Positions 19,194-28,084 of a stretch of DNA of 64,000 nucleotides are shown piece by piece. Under the pieces are notes generated by a model that did not search any database, was not told where the DNA came from, and saw only the letters and a list, made by a program, of their open reading frames with translations. The position numbers and the translations under genes are program-made. This DNA comes from Acidimicrobiales bacterium (lineage in GTDB: Bacteria > Actinomycetota > Acidimicrobiia > Acidimicrobiales > Aldehydirespiratoraceae), in NCBI GenBank assembly GCA_049437325.1, contig JBMTIM010000001.1, positions 16,738 through 80,737 on the forward strand, given 5' to 3'. Position 1 is the stretch's first letter. Each line of letters starts with the position of its first letter.

Positions 19194-20396
19194 TCAGACC
19201 TCGGCTGCGATGGCGTCGGCGAAGCTGGTCCCATTCTCGATCATGGTCTTGTACTGCATGACATGGCGCGGACGATTGAATCCGAGGACACCGACAAGCT
19301 TCCCTTCCCGACCGTAGAGCGCCGCAAACCGATGATCTTCGAGGGTGCCGGTGACGACCTCGACCTCGTCATCGGGTCGAACCCGACCGGCGAGCTGGAT
19401 CTTGCGGTCGTACTGATCGGACCAGAACCACGGGACCGGCGCAAAGGGCTGCGCCTCGGCATCGGGGGTCAGGAGCCGCTCTGCTGCATGCACGCCCTGC
19501 TCGATCGCATTGTCCCAGTGCTCGACCCGCATCACCTCGTCGAAGCGATGATTTGGCCAACGGGCAACGTCACCCGCTGCGGTGACGCCCGGCCCAGCAA
19601 GCATGGTCGCATCACAGACGACACCGTTGTCGATGGTGAGCCCAGACCCCTCGAGCCATTCGGTGTTCGGAACGACGCCGATACCGACGACGACGAGGTC
19701 GGTGTCGATTTCGGTGCCATCGGTCAACACAACCGACGTGACGCGGCCCCGCTCGGCCTCGACGCGATCGACACCGACATTGGTCCGCAAATCCACACCG
19801 TGGCGGCGGTGAACCTCGGCACAGACCTCTCCCATCCGTTCGCCCAGGACTCGGCCAAGTGGCGTCGGCAGGGCTTCGACCATCGTCACGTCGAGCGCAC
19901 GCTGGCGGCACGTGGCGGCGACCTCTGCACCGATGAACCCGGCACCGACGACGACAACCCGCCGGGGGCCCGCCTCGAGCTCGGCCCGCAACGCCAGGGC
20001 CTGATCGAGGTCGCGCAACACGTGGACCCCTCCGATGGTTTCGGCACCGGGCAGGGTGCGGCAGCGCGCTCCGGTGGCGACCAGCAGCCCGTCGACCACG
20101 TCGTCACCATCGCTGGTGGACAAGGTACGGCTCTCGAGATCGAAACCCGTTGCGCGCACACCGAGACGAAGGTCGAGCCCCAACTCGTCGAGGGTCTGCG
20201 GTTTCGTCAGTTGAATGCGATCGGTGTCCCAACTGCCGGCAAGGACCTGCTTCGACAGCGGTGGACGGTCGTAGGGCAGGTGGGACTCGGCACCGATCAG
20301 GACAATGCGACCGTCGAATCCGCGACGACGGAGCGCCTCGACAGCACGGATCCCGGCAAGCGATGCACCGACGACATGGATCGATTGTCGAGGCAT
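19194..20396 (-). CDS. NAD(P)H-dependent ferredoxin reductase (putidaredoxin/rhodocoxin reductase class flavoprotein)
   Basis: 400 aa with two dinucleotide folds (IHVVGASLAG and RVVVVGAGFIGAEVA). It begins 12 nt downstream of a small ferredoxin gene. Confidence 0.85.
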   Translation of the reverse strand: MPRQSIHVVGASLAGIRAVEALRRRGFDGRIVLIGAESHLPYDRPPLSKQVLAGSWDTDRIQLTKPQTLDELGLDLRLGVRATGFDLESRTLSTSDGDDVVDGLLVATGARCRTLPGAETIGGVHVLRDLDQALALRAELEAGPRRVVVVGAGFIGAEVAATCRQRALDVTMVEALPTPLGRVLGERMGEVCAEVHRRHGVDLRTNVGVDRVEAERGRVTSVVLTDGTEIDTDLVVVGIGVVPNTEWLEGSGLTIDNGVVCDATMLAGPGVTAAGDVARWPNHRFDEVMRVEHWDNAIEQGVHAAERLLTPDAEAQPFAPVPWFWSDQYDRKIQLAGRVRPDDEVEVVTGTLEDHRFAALYGREGKLVGVLGFNRPRHVMQYKTMIENGTSFADAIAAEV

Positions 20397-20408
20397 CGAG
20401 CTTGCGAC

Positions 20409-20600
20409 TCAGTCCTCGAGCGAAATTGCCTGCTTCGGGCAGCGCTGGACGCACTCCTCCATCCGCGCACGATCACCCTCGTCGGGGTGCTCGTTGAGGA
20501 CGTAAAGGAAGTCGTCATCTCGGACCTCGAACACATCGGGTGCAATCTGCATGCAAATGGCGTTGCTCTCGCACAGATCGAAATCGACCACGATCTTCAT
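20409..20600 (-). CDS. Small single-cluster ferredoxin ([3Fe-4S]/[4Fe-4S] type)
   Basis: 63 aa: MKIVVDFDLCESNAICMQIAPDVF...CVQRCPKQAI. The Cys pattern is C-x5-C ... C-x3-CP. Confidence 0.85.
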   Translation of the reverse strand: MKIVVDFDLCESNAICMQIAPDVFEVRDDDFLYVLNEHPDEGDRARMEECVQRCPKQAISLED

Positions 20601-20635
20601 TGGACGTCCTCCCCGGACCGGTTGCTGGCCGCAGA

Positions 20636-21640
20636 CTATACGCCACCGGGATACCCGAAGACGTCGGCGGTGAGCTCGATCGAGTGCAGGCGCTGTTGCG
20701 TGGTCGGCGACGGGTGCACAGTGATCAGCTCGTCGACGTCGGCTTCCTGTGCAAGGTTCTCGAGGTAGCGCTTCACGAGTTCGGGCGAGCCGGCGGCGGT
20801 GTAGTGGGTCATCTGGGCAATTCCCTGGCCCTGCGGGGAGGCCAGCAGCTCGTCGGCCTCGTCGTCGGTGAGTTCGCGCGGGACGCGGAGGAACCGAGCG
20901 ACCCTCTTACGGGTGACGGCGAGTCGCTGCGACTCGGCGTCGGCGTCGGTATCGGCAGCAATCACATTGACCCCTGCGATCGCATACGGCTCGGACAGGC
21001 AGGCGCTCGGCTCGAACCGTTCTCGGTACAGCTCCACGGCCTGCAGGAGCGCTCCGGGAGCGAAATGAGACGCAAAGGCGTACGGCAGACCGAGCGTTGC
21101 CGCGAGCTGAGCGCCGAACAACGACGAGCCCAGGATGTAGAGCGGTACATGCGTTCCACCGGCCGGCACCGCCTCCACGCCGGGCACGAGCGATTCGCCC
21201 GCCAGGTAGGCCTGCAGTTCCAGTACGTCTTGCGGGAACCGGTCGGAGGCCGCCGGATCGACACGCATGGCACGCATCGTCATCTGGTCGGTGCCCGGCG
21301 CGCGTCCCAGGCCGAGGTCGATGCGACCCGGATGCAACGTGGCCAGCGTGCCGAATTGCTCGGCGATGACGAGCGGGGAGTGATTGGGCAACATGACGCC
21401 ACCAGAACCGAGCCGGATCGTCTCGGTGTGGGCAGCCACATGTGCGATCAGCACACTGGTCGCCGACGACGCGATCGACGCCATGTTGTGATGCTCGGCG
21501 TACCAGACCCGCCGGTACCCGCGGGCCTCTGCCGTCTGCGCCATTGCGACGCTGTTGGCAAAAGCCTGGGCCGGTGTCTCGTCAGAGCCGACGATCGCGA
21601 GATCGAGGATGGAAAGGACCGGACGATCTGCGAATGCCAC
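20636..21640 (-). CDS. LLM-class flavin-dependent oxidoreductase (luciferase-like, YhbW-type group)
   Basis: 334 aa with SILDLA...[13 protein letters not shown]...[24 protein letters not shown], typical of the luciferase-like monooxygenase fold. Confidence 0.85.
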   Translation of the reverse strand: MAFADRPVLSILDLAIVGSDETPAQAFANSVAMAQTAEARGYRRVWYAEHHNMASIASSATSVLIAHVAAHTETIRLGSGGVMLPNHSPLVIAEQFGTLATLHPGRIDLGLGRAPGTDQMTMRAMRVDPAASDRFPQDVLELQAYLAGESLVPGVEAVPAGGTHVPLYILGSSLFGAQLAATLGLPYAFASHFAPGALLQAVELYRERFEPSACLSEPYAIAGVNVIAADTDADAESQRLAVTRKRVARFLRVPRELTDDEADELLASPQGQGIAQMTHYTAAGSPELVKRYLENLAQEADVDELITVHPSPTTQQRLHSIELTADVFGYPGGV

Positions 21641-21696
21641 CCGCTCAGCCTAGAGACCTGGACCCGACTGTTCGAACCGGGGCAACCGATCGAACG

Positions 21697-23298
21697 TCAC
21701 GTTCCCGGGCGCTGTTTGACGTCGATTCCGAACGTCGCACGAACGCGAGCGTCGATGTCGGCGGGGATGTGGTCGGGCCAGTGGTTCTCGAGCAGGTCGT
21801 TGGCTCGCTCGTGTGCTCGAACCAGTTGATCCTTGCCGCCGGCGTCCATCCAGTTGTCGGGGGTGTCGCGATCCCCGACCTCGGGGTAGAGATACTCGCG
21901 TTGCATCAGGTCGAGTGTCTGTTGTGAGCCCAGGAAGTGACCGGCCCCGGTGACCACGTCATGGATGACCTGGGTCGAGAGCGTCTCCTCGTTGACTTCG
22001 ATCCCGCGGACGGTGCGGTTGATCGCACCGAGCATGTCGTTGTCGATCACGAGGCCCTCGAACGAGCAGCTGAGCAGCGATGCGAGCATGCCGGCCGATT
22101 CGTACACGAGATTCGCACCGGCATGGCCGGCAAGCGCGATGTTGAGCCCTTTTTCGTAGCCGGCTTGATTGTCGGGGACCTTGGAGTCGGCCATACCGGC
22201 CGCAACCCCTGACGGCAGTCCGAGCCAGTTGGCTGTCTGGGCTGCGGCGGCGTTGAGCACCCCCTCCTCACCCGAACCCCCGCTCATGGCACCGGTGCGA
22301 AGATCGGACACGAAGGGCCACAGTCCCATCACGCACGGGTGCCCCGGAGACATCAGATTGACGGTGGTGAGGCCGGCGAGACACTCGGCCAAGGCCTGCG
22401 CCAGCGAACCGGCGAGCGCAGCCGGCGAGGTCGCACCGGCCTGTCCGGCCGACAACAGGTTGATCGGCATGCCGCACTCCACCTGGGCGACCATGCACCT
22501 GATCGACTCCTCGGCGAACCGCATCGGTGGGACCACGAAGGTGTTGTTGGCCGCCACGATCGGGCGCCGACGAAACTCCCCCTCTCCTCCCATCAACATG
22601 TCGAGCATTGCCACTGTCTCATACACGTGGGGTTTCTCGAACCACGACGTGCCGATCGGCTTGCGACAGCCGGCGACGGCACCGTACGCAGTGTTGAGAT
22701 CGAGCAGTCGACTGTCGGCGTGATTCCGGGCCACCACGGTGCGGACGTAGAAGTGAATGTTGTCGAGTGCATCGACGAGACGGCCACAGTCGTACACATC
22801 GTCACCGGTGGAGTGACGAAAGGAGTTCGTCGGATAGTCGTACATGAGCACGGCCGCCCCACCCGTGCCGAAATGGACTTTGTCGCCGCCGACCTCGATC
22901 GAGTGCGACTCGTCCCATGCGTGCCATGTCCACGTCTTCGCAGCCGTCTCGATCGCCCGCTCGACGATCGCCTTCGGGTAGTAGAGGCGATCACCATCGA
23001 CCCGGCCTCCGGCGGCGGTGACGACGTCGATGAACTCGGGGATCGGTGAGCCCATCCCCACGTTCTCGAGCAGCCAGATCGCCGCGTCGTAGACCTGCTG
23101 CAGATCGGCTTCGGTCAGCGGCTTGTACAGACCGCCGGCAAGGCCGGGGCGGACCGGCCGCATGTCCTTGCCGAGCGGCGCCTGGCGAGCGGCAACTCTC
23201 CCGGCACGACCGCCGGAGCGACGCCGCGACGGGGGCCCATCGATCGTCGTGACGTCGAGGTCGCCGGTCTCACTCAATTCGGTGTCCTGTTCGTTCAT
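21697..23298 (-). CDS. MttB-superfamily (trimethylamine methyltransferase-like, non-pyrrolysine) quaternary-amine methyltransferase homolog
   Basis: 533 aa. An Arg-rich N-terminal leader (SRRRSGGRAGRVAARQ) is followed by LTEADLQQVYDAAIWLLENVGMG and a TIM-barrel-length body, as in non-Pyl MttB homologs. There is no in-frame TAG. The start ATG overlaps the upstream stop as ATGA. Confidence 0.8.
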   Translation of the reverse strand: MNEQDTELSETGDLDVTTIDGPPSRRRSGGRAGRVAARQAPLGKDMRPVRPGLAGGLYKPLTEADLQQVYDAAIWLLENVGMGSPIPEFIDVVTAAGGRVDGDRLYYPKAIVERAIETAAKTWTWHAWDESHSIEVGGDKVHFGTGGAAVLMYDYPTNSFRHSTGDDVYDCGRLVDALDNIHFYVRTVVARNHADSRLLDLNTAYGAVAGCRKPIGTSWFEKPHVYETVAMLDMLMGGEGEFRRRPIVAANNTFVVPPMRFAEESIRCMVAQVECGMPINLLSAGQAGATSPAALAGSLAQALAECLAGLTTVNLMSPGHPCVMGLWPFVSDLRTGAMSGGSGEEGVLNAAAAQTANWLGLPSGVAAGMADSKVPDNQAGYEKGLNIALAGHAGANLVYESAGMLASLLSCSFEGLVIDNDMLGAINRTVRGIEVNEETLSTQVIHDVVTGAGHFLGSQQTLDLMQREYLYPEVGDRDTPDNWMDAGGKDQLVRAHERANDLLENHWPDHIPADIDARVRATFGIDVKQRPGT

Positions 23299-25778
23299 GC
23301 GCGGAGCGCAGCATTGGCCGGGTCGTACGCTGCATCGGCGAGCACGGTGGCGGTGCGACGAACGCCGAGCATGTCGAGTTCGAAGATCGACCCGGGCGCC
23401 TCGTAGTCGGGCGCCACATAGACGAAGCCGAGGGATTTGCCGACCGAGTGGCCAAACGCACCGGATGTCGCAATTCCCATGACCTTGCCGTCGTTGCCGT
23501 AGGCGGGTTCGTTGCCTCGAAGGTCGGATGCACCGTCGGAGATTTCGCAGTAGACGAGCACCATCGACAGCGGGTCGGCCTGATCGCGACGGTCGATGGT
23601 GGCGTCCTTGCCGATGAAGTCACCATCGAAGTCGACGAAGCGTTCGAGACGGGCCTCGATCGGCGTGATCTCGGTGGTGAGCTCGGAGCCCCAGGCCTTG
23701 TAGCCCTTTTCGATCCGCATGACGTTCATGGCGTACGAGCCGAAGTGGACCATTCCGAGTGGCTCGCCGACACCGACGAGGGCGTCGTACACCTCCCCCA
23801 TGGTGTCGATCGGCATGTGGAGTTCCCAGCCGAGTTCGCCGACGTAGCTCACCCGCAGGGCCTTCATCTCGACCCCGGCAACGGTGATCTCTTGGGCGGT
23901 GAGCCAACGGAAGGCCGGCGCATGCAGGTCGGCCTCGGTCAATTGGGAGAGCACGTCTCGGGCCCGGGGCCCGGTGACCGCAATAATGCCGTTGGCATCG
24001 GTGACATCGGTGACGGTCACGTCCTCACCGTCCAGGATGTGGCTGTTGAGCCAATCCTCGTCGTGGGTGGTTCCTGTGATTGCCGAGTTGAGGTAGTAGC
24101 GCCCCTCTCCGAAACGGGTGATGGTCATCTCGCACTCGATGCCACCGAGCTCGGTCAACATGTGCACGAGACGCATGGCCCCGTCCGTGCTCGGAATCCT
24201 GTTCGCGCTGACCCGGTCGAGAAGGTCGGCCGCCTGGGGCCCCGTGACCTCGAACTTGGCGAACGCGGTGAGGTCGGCGATGCCGACCCGTTCGCGCGTT
24301 CCTCGGACTTCTTCGCCGACAAGCTCGTGGGCATTGGACCGGAGAAAGGTGTGTCGTTCGGGCGCACCGAAGTATTGGGGACGCTCCCAGCCGTAGACCT
24401 CTTCCCATTGAGCACCTCGGGCATCGAGGCGGTCGTACAGCGGATTGATCTTCTGCTTTCGGGCCGCCGGGTGATGTTCCCCCGGTGGACGGGTGGCGTA
24501 CATGAGGTGGTATTCCTCGATCGCCTTGTCCACCGCAAACTGACCGGACGCGCCTGCGTGGCTGCCGAAGCGGCGCGGGTCCATCCCCCGCACATTGATC
24601 TCGGTCTGGCCGTGGACGATCCACTGGGCCAGGTACTTTCCGGCGCCCGGACCCTGCGTGATGCCGATCGATGCGCCACTGCAATGCCAATAATTGTGCA
24701 GACCGGCTTCGGGGCCCATGAGATAACCCGAGTCGGGCGTATGGGTGATCGGACCCGACACGACCTTCTTGATGCCGCTTTCGGCCCACGCCGGCACGCG
24801 TTCGAGCGCCACGGTGAGACAGTCGGCGATCGCATCAAGATCGGGCGGCGTGAGGTAGAAGTCGAGGTTCCAGTCGATCCCGTCGACGCCGTAGGTCTGA
24901 GCGCCGCTCGTCTCGTACGGACCGATCAAGATTCCATCGATTTCTCGGCGGTAGTACGACGACGAGACTGGATCACGGGTGACGGGGATCTCGACATCGA
25001 GCGCCTTCATCGCGTCGAGTGGCTCGGTGATGATGTACTGGTGGATCACCGACACGATCGGTACGTCGATCCCGACCATGGCGCCGAGTTGTGGTGCATA
25101 GTGACCGGCAGCGTTGACAACGTGCTCGGCGACGATCCGTCCCTGCTCACTGATGATCTCCCAGCGACCGTCAGGCAGCTGGTTCATGTCGGTGACCCGG
25201 TTGTGTCGGATGATTTCGGCTCCGAGTTGTCGGGCCCCTTTGGCCATCGCGTTGGTGACACCGGTCGGGTCGGCCCAGCCGTCGTTGGGCGTCCAGAGCG
25301 CCGACTGGACATCGTCGATGTTTTCCATGAGCGGGTTGAGCTCTTGGATTCGAGCCGGGCCGACGATCTCGTTCTCGATACCCAGTTGGTCGAGTTGGGC
25401 ACTCACCTGGCGGTGCCAGAGGACGTCGTTTTCCGAGATGGCGAACCGCAGCGCGCCGCAACCGTGCCAACCCGACGAGAGGCCGGTCTCTGCTTCGATC
25501 TTCGGATAGAGCGAGACGGCTTCCTGATGGACCTTCGCCATGTTCAGATCGCCGATGAAATTCGGGACGAGTCCGGCGGCATGCCATGTCGACCCGGAGG
25601 TGAGTTCACCCTTTTCGATCAGTACGGTGTCCGGACCCCAGCCCTCGTGGGCCAAGAAGTACAGCAATCCGACGCCCATGGCTCCGCCGCCGATGATGAC
25701 GCAGCGCGCTTCATCCCTCACGGTTGATGCCCCCTCGAAGTAGACGTTCCGCGCAACCCAATGACGCCAGCGTTTCAC
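23295..25778 (-). CDS. Dimethylglycine/sarcosine dehydrogenase-family flavoprotein (FAD DAO domain + GcvT folate-binding domain)
   Basis: 827 aa with an FAD fold CVIIGGGAMGVGLLYFLA and a C-terminal aminomethyltransferase-type domain (RVSYVGELGWELHMP). The ORF-track start is GTG 25778. An alternative GTG at 25721 would leave a 101-nt divergent promoter region. Confidence 0.88.
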   Translation of the reverse strand: MKRWRHWVARNVYFEGASTVRDEARCVIIGGGAMGVGLLYFLAHEGWGPDTVLIEKGELTSGSTWHAAGLVPNFIGDLNMAKVHQEAVSLYPKIEAETGLSSGWHGCGALRFAISENDVLWHRQVSAQLDQLGIENEIVGPARIQELNPLMENIDDVQSALWTPNDGWADPTGVTNAMAKGARQLGAEIIRHNRVTDMNQLPDGRWEIISEQGRIVAEHVVNAAGHYAPQLGAMVGIDVPIVSVIHQYIITEPLDAMKALDVEIPVTRDPVSSSYYRREIDGILIGPYETSGAQTYGVDGIDWNLDFYLTPPDLDAIADCLTVALERVPAWAESGIKKVVSGPITHTPDSGYLMGPEAGLHNYWHCSGASIGITQGPGAGKYLAQWIVHGQTEINVRGMDPRRFGSHAGASGQFAVDKAIEEYHLMYATRPPGEHHPAARKQKINPLYDRLDARGAQWEEVYGWERPQYFGAPERHTFLRSNAHELVGEEVRGTRERVGIADLTAFAKFEVTGPQAADLLDRVSANRIPSTDGAMRLVHMLTELGGIECEMTITRFGEGRYYLNSAITGTTHDEDWLNSHILDGEDVTVTDVTDANGIIAVTGPRARDVLSQLTEADLHAPAFRWLTAQEITVAGVEMKALRVSYVGELGWELHMPIDTMGEVYDALVGVGEPLGMVHFGSYAMNVMRIEKGYKAWGSELTTEITPIEARLERFVDFDGDFIGKDATIDRRDQADPLSMVLVYCEISDGASDLRGNEPAYGNDGKVMGIATSGAFGHSVGKSLGFVYVAPDYEAPGSIFELDMLGVRRTATVLADAAYDPANAALRA

Positions 25779-25795
25779 TGAATGGAACGTTTCGG
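25771..25795. promoter_or_regulatory. Candidate IclR operator in the DMGDH / iclR divergent region
   Basis: There is an imperfect inverted repeat CGTTTCA-N5-TGGAACG (25771-25789), followed by the AACGTT core in GGAACGTTTC. A reverse-complement partner ACGTTCC lies at 25744-25750. The stretch is unusually AT-rich for this sequence. Confidence 0.3.
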
Positions 25796-25822
25796 TCTGT
25801 GGCCACTAGTGTAGCTCTTGGC

Positions 25823-26557
25823 ATGCAATCAATCGACCGGGCGTTCACCGTTCTTCGTGCCGTTGCGTCTCGCGCCGGAACCTCGTCGCTTGCAGACGTC
25901 ACGAAGGCATCGGGCCTCCCCAAGTCGACCGTCCTCCGACTGTTGACGGCGCTCGAGGAGCAGGGTGCGATCCAGGTCCTCGGTGGCCGGTTCGGGATCG
26001 GCCCGGGACTCGCGGTGCTCTCCCATGGTGGAGCACCGGTGAGTGCCCTCAAGGAGATTGCACGCCCTCATCTTGTCGAACTCGCCGAACAGATCCAGGA
26101 AAACGTGTCGCTGATGATTCCCGACGGTGAGGTCACGCTCTACATCGACACCGCCATCTCGGAGAGTTCGGTCATGGTCCAGGACTGGAACGGGGAACGA
26201 CTGCCCTATCACGGTTCGGCCGGTGGCCTTGCGCTGTTGTCGTCGTGGACCGATGTCGAGATCGCCAAGCTCGCCGCCAGCGGCCTCGAGGCGTACACCG
26301 CGACCACGGTGACGACGCTGGCCGGCCTCATGGCAAAGGTCGAGCACGCTCGCCGAACGGGTGTTGCGCTCACCCATCAGGAGTTCAGTGACGACGTCAA
26401 CGGCTTCGGCTCGCTGGTGACCGGACCCGACGGGGAGCCGCTCGCTGCAGTCAACGCCTACGGACCCGACTACCGCTTCCCTGGCGATCGAGACGCTGCC
26501 GAGATCAGTGCTGCGGTCCTCGAAACCGCCCGGGCGATCACCGATCGACTGGGCTGA
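25823..26557 (+). CDS. IclR family transcriptional regulator
   Basis: Start at ATG 25823 (MQSIDRAFTVLRAVA). It has an N-terminal wHTH (LADVTKASGLPKSTVLRLLTALE) and a C-terminal IclR effector domain. It is divergent from the DMGDH-MttB operon. Confidence 0.88.
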   Translation: MQSIDRAFTVLRAVASRAGTSSLADVTKASGLPKSTVLRLLTALEEQGAIQVLGGRFGIGPGLAVLSHGGAPVSALKEIARPHLVELAEQIQENVSLMIPDGEVTLYIDTAISESSVMVQDWNGERLPYHGSAGGLALLSSWTDVEIAKLAASGLEAYTATTVTTLAGLMAKVEHARRTGVALTHQEFSDDVNGFGSLVTGPDGEPLAAVNAYGPDYRFPGDRDAAEISAAVLETARAITDRLG

Positions 26558-26599
26558 TCGGCGGTTGCGTTCACCGGGCACCCCTGCTGTGATCTGCCC

Positions 26600-28018
26600 A
26601 TGGTCGAACTCACCAGCTCACTGACCGCCATCGTCGACGCACTCGAATCGAGAGCGATTGGCGCCACCGAGCTGCTCGACGCCCATCTGGACCGAATCGA
26701 GCGGCTCGACGCGGAGATCAACGCCGTCGTCACACTCGCTCCCGATCGAGCCCGCACCGAGGCGCATGCTGTCGACACCGCTCGCACAGCGGGCGAGCCT
26801 CTCGGCCCACTGGCAGGCGTCCCCATCACTGTCAAGGACGCACTCGCCACCGCCGGCATCCGTTCCACCGGTGGCGCCGACGAACTCGTCGATCATGTGC
26901 CCACCGACGATGCCACGGTCGTCTCGACCGTTCGCAACGCAGGAGCGTTGGTCTTCGGCAAGACCAACGTGCCTCGCTGGTCGGGCGATTACCAAAGCTT
27001 CAACAAGCTCTTCGGCACGACGAACAACCCGTGGGATCTCGAACGTACGCCGGGTGGCTCGTCGGGCGGACCGGCAGCGGCAGTTGCGATGGGATTCACC
27101 GGTTTCGAGATCGGCACCGACATCGGTGGATCGATCCGGGTGCCAGCGTCATTTTGCGGGATCTATGGCCACAAGCCGAGTTTCGGCGTGATCCCCACCT
27201 ACGGCTACCTCGACAGCGTTCGGTTTCACCGCAACGTCAGTGACGTCAACGTCTTCGGCCCGATGGCTCGATCGATCGATGACCTCGAGCTGCTCTTCGG
27301 TCTGTTGGCAGGCCCGAACCCCGACGACGCACCCGGTTGGAAGCTCGACCTTCCTCCATCTCGAGCCGAGGCGATCGGTGACTTCCGGGTGGCGGCGTGG
27401 CTCGACAGCGACTTCGCCCCAATCGATCCCTCCGTCGCAACCGTGCTCGCCAACGCCACCGACGCGCTCGAGCGTGCCGGCGCCCGCATCGACCATGGCC
27501 GGCGGCCGGCAATCGATGCCACTGCAGCCGCCCTCAACGGCTCGGCGCTGATCGGTCTTGCCACCCGCATCTCCGACAGCGACAGCCCGGACGGCCCGGA
27601 GCCTCCGGGCGCACCGGTCCCTCATCGTCAGTGGGATGTCCGCCACCGCGAGCGAGGTGTCGTCCGACGGAGGTGGGCCGAGTTCTTCGACGAGATCGAC
27701 ATCCTGCTGTGTCCTGTCACACCGATCCCGGCGTTCCGTCATGTGCACACCGACGACGGATCGAACTGGACGCACGCCCAGATCGAGGAGTTCGGCGACC
27801 TGCCGTACGGACAGCTGGTGCTGTGGAACTCGCTCATCGGCAGTGCCTACCTCCCCGTCACCACCCCACCGGTCGGGTACACGGCCGACGGGCTTCCGGT
27901 GGGGATTCAAGTCGTTGCTCCCTACCTGCACGACCGCACCGCGCTCACGTTCGCCCGACGGATCACCGAGGTCCTCGGGGGCTACACGCCACCACCGCTG
28001 GCGGTCGATCGGCCGTGA
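26600..28018 (+). CDS. Amidase-signature family amidase
   Basis: 472 aa with an intact Ser-cisSer-Lys triad context: ITVKDAL, TPGGSSGGPAAAVA, GTDIGGSIRVPA. Confidence 0.88.
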   Translation: MVELTSSLTAIVDALESRAIGATELLDAHLDRIERLDAEINAVVTLAPDRARTEAHAVDTARTAGEPLGPLAGVPITVKDALATAGIRSTGGADELVDHVPTDDATVVSTVRNAGALVFGKTNVPRWSGDYQSFNKLFGTTNNPWDLERTPGGSSGGPAAAVAMGFTGFEIGTDIGGSIRVPASFCGIYGHKPSFGVIPTYGYLDSVRFHRNVSDVNVFGPMARSIDDLELLFGLLAGPNPDDAPGWKLDLPPSRAEAIGDFRVAAWLDSDFAPIDPSVATVLANATDALERAGARIDHGRRPAIDATAAALNGSALIGLATRISDSDSPDGPEPPGAPVPHRQWDVRHRERGVVRRRWAEFFDEIDILLCPVTPIPAFRHVHTDDGSNWTHAQIEEFGDLPYGQLVLWNSLIGSAYLPVTTPPVGYTADGLPVGIQVVAPYLHDRTALTFARRITEVLGGYTPPPLAVDRP

Positions 28019-28084
28019 CACGGGCGGTTCGATGTGTGAACGGAACGCTGTCGACCAGGTCGACCTCCACAACGGTGCTCGGCG

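Noticed and set aside
18405-20768. 787-aa plus-strand ORF
   Set aside because: It is antisense to the YhhN, ferredoxin reductase, ferredoxin and LLM genes. It is a shadow ORF.
23448-25727. 759-aa plus-strand ORF
   Set aside because: It is antisense to the DMGDH-family gene, which has clear FAD and GcvT motifs on the minus strand.
28050-28064. The GTCGAC-CAG-GTCGAC hairpin between the convergent amidase and TolB-like genes, considered as a bidirectional terminator
   Set aside because: The stem is only 6 bp with a 3-nt loop and has no U-tract on either strand. It is too weak to call.
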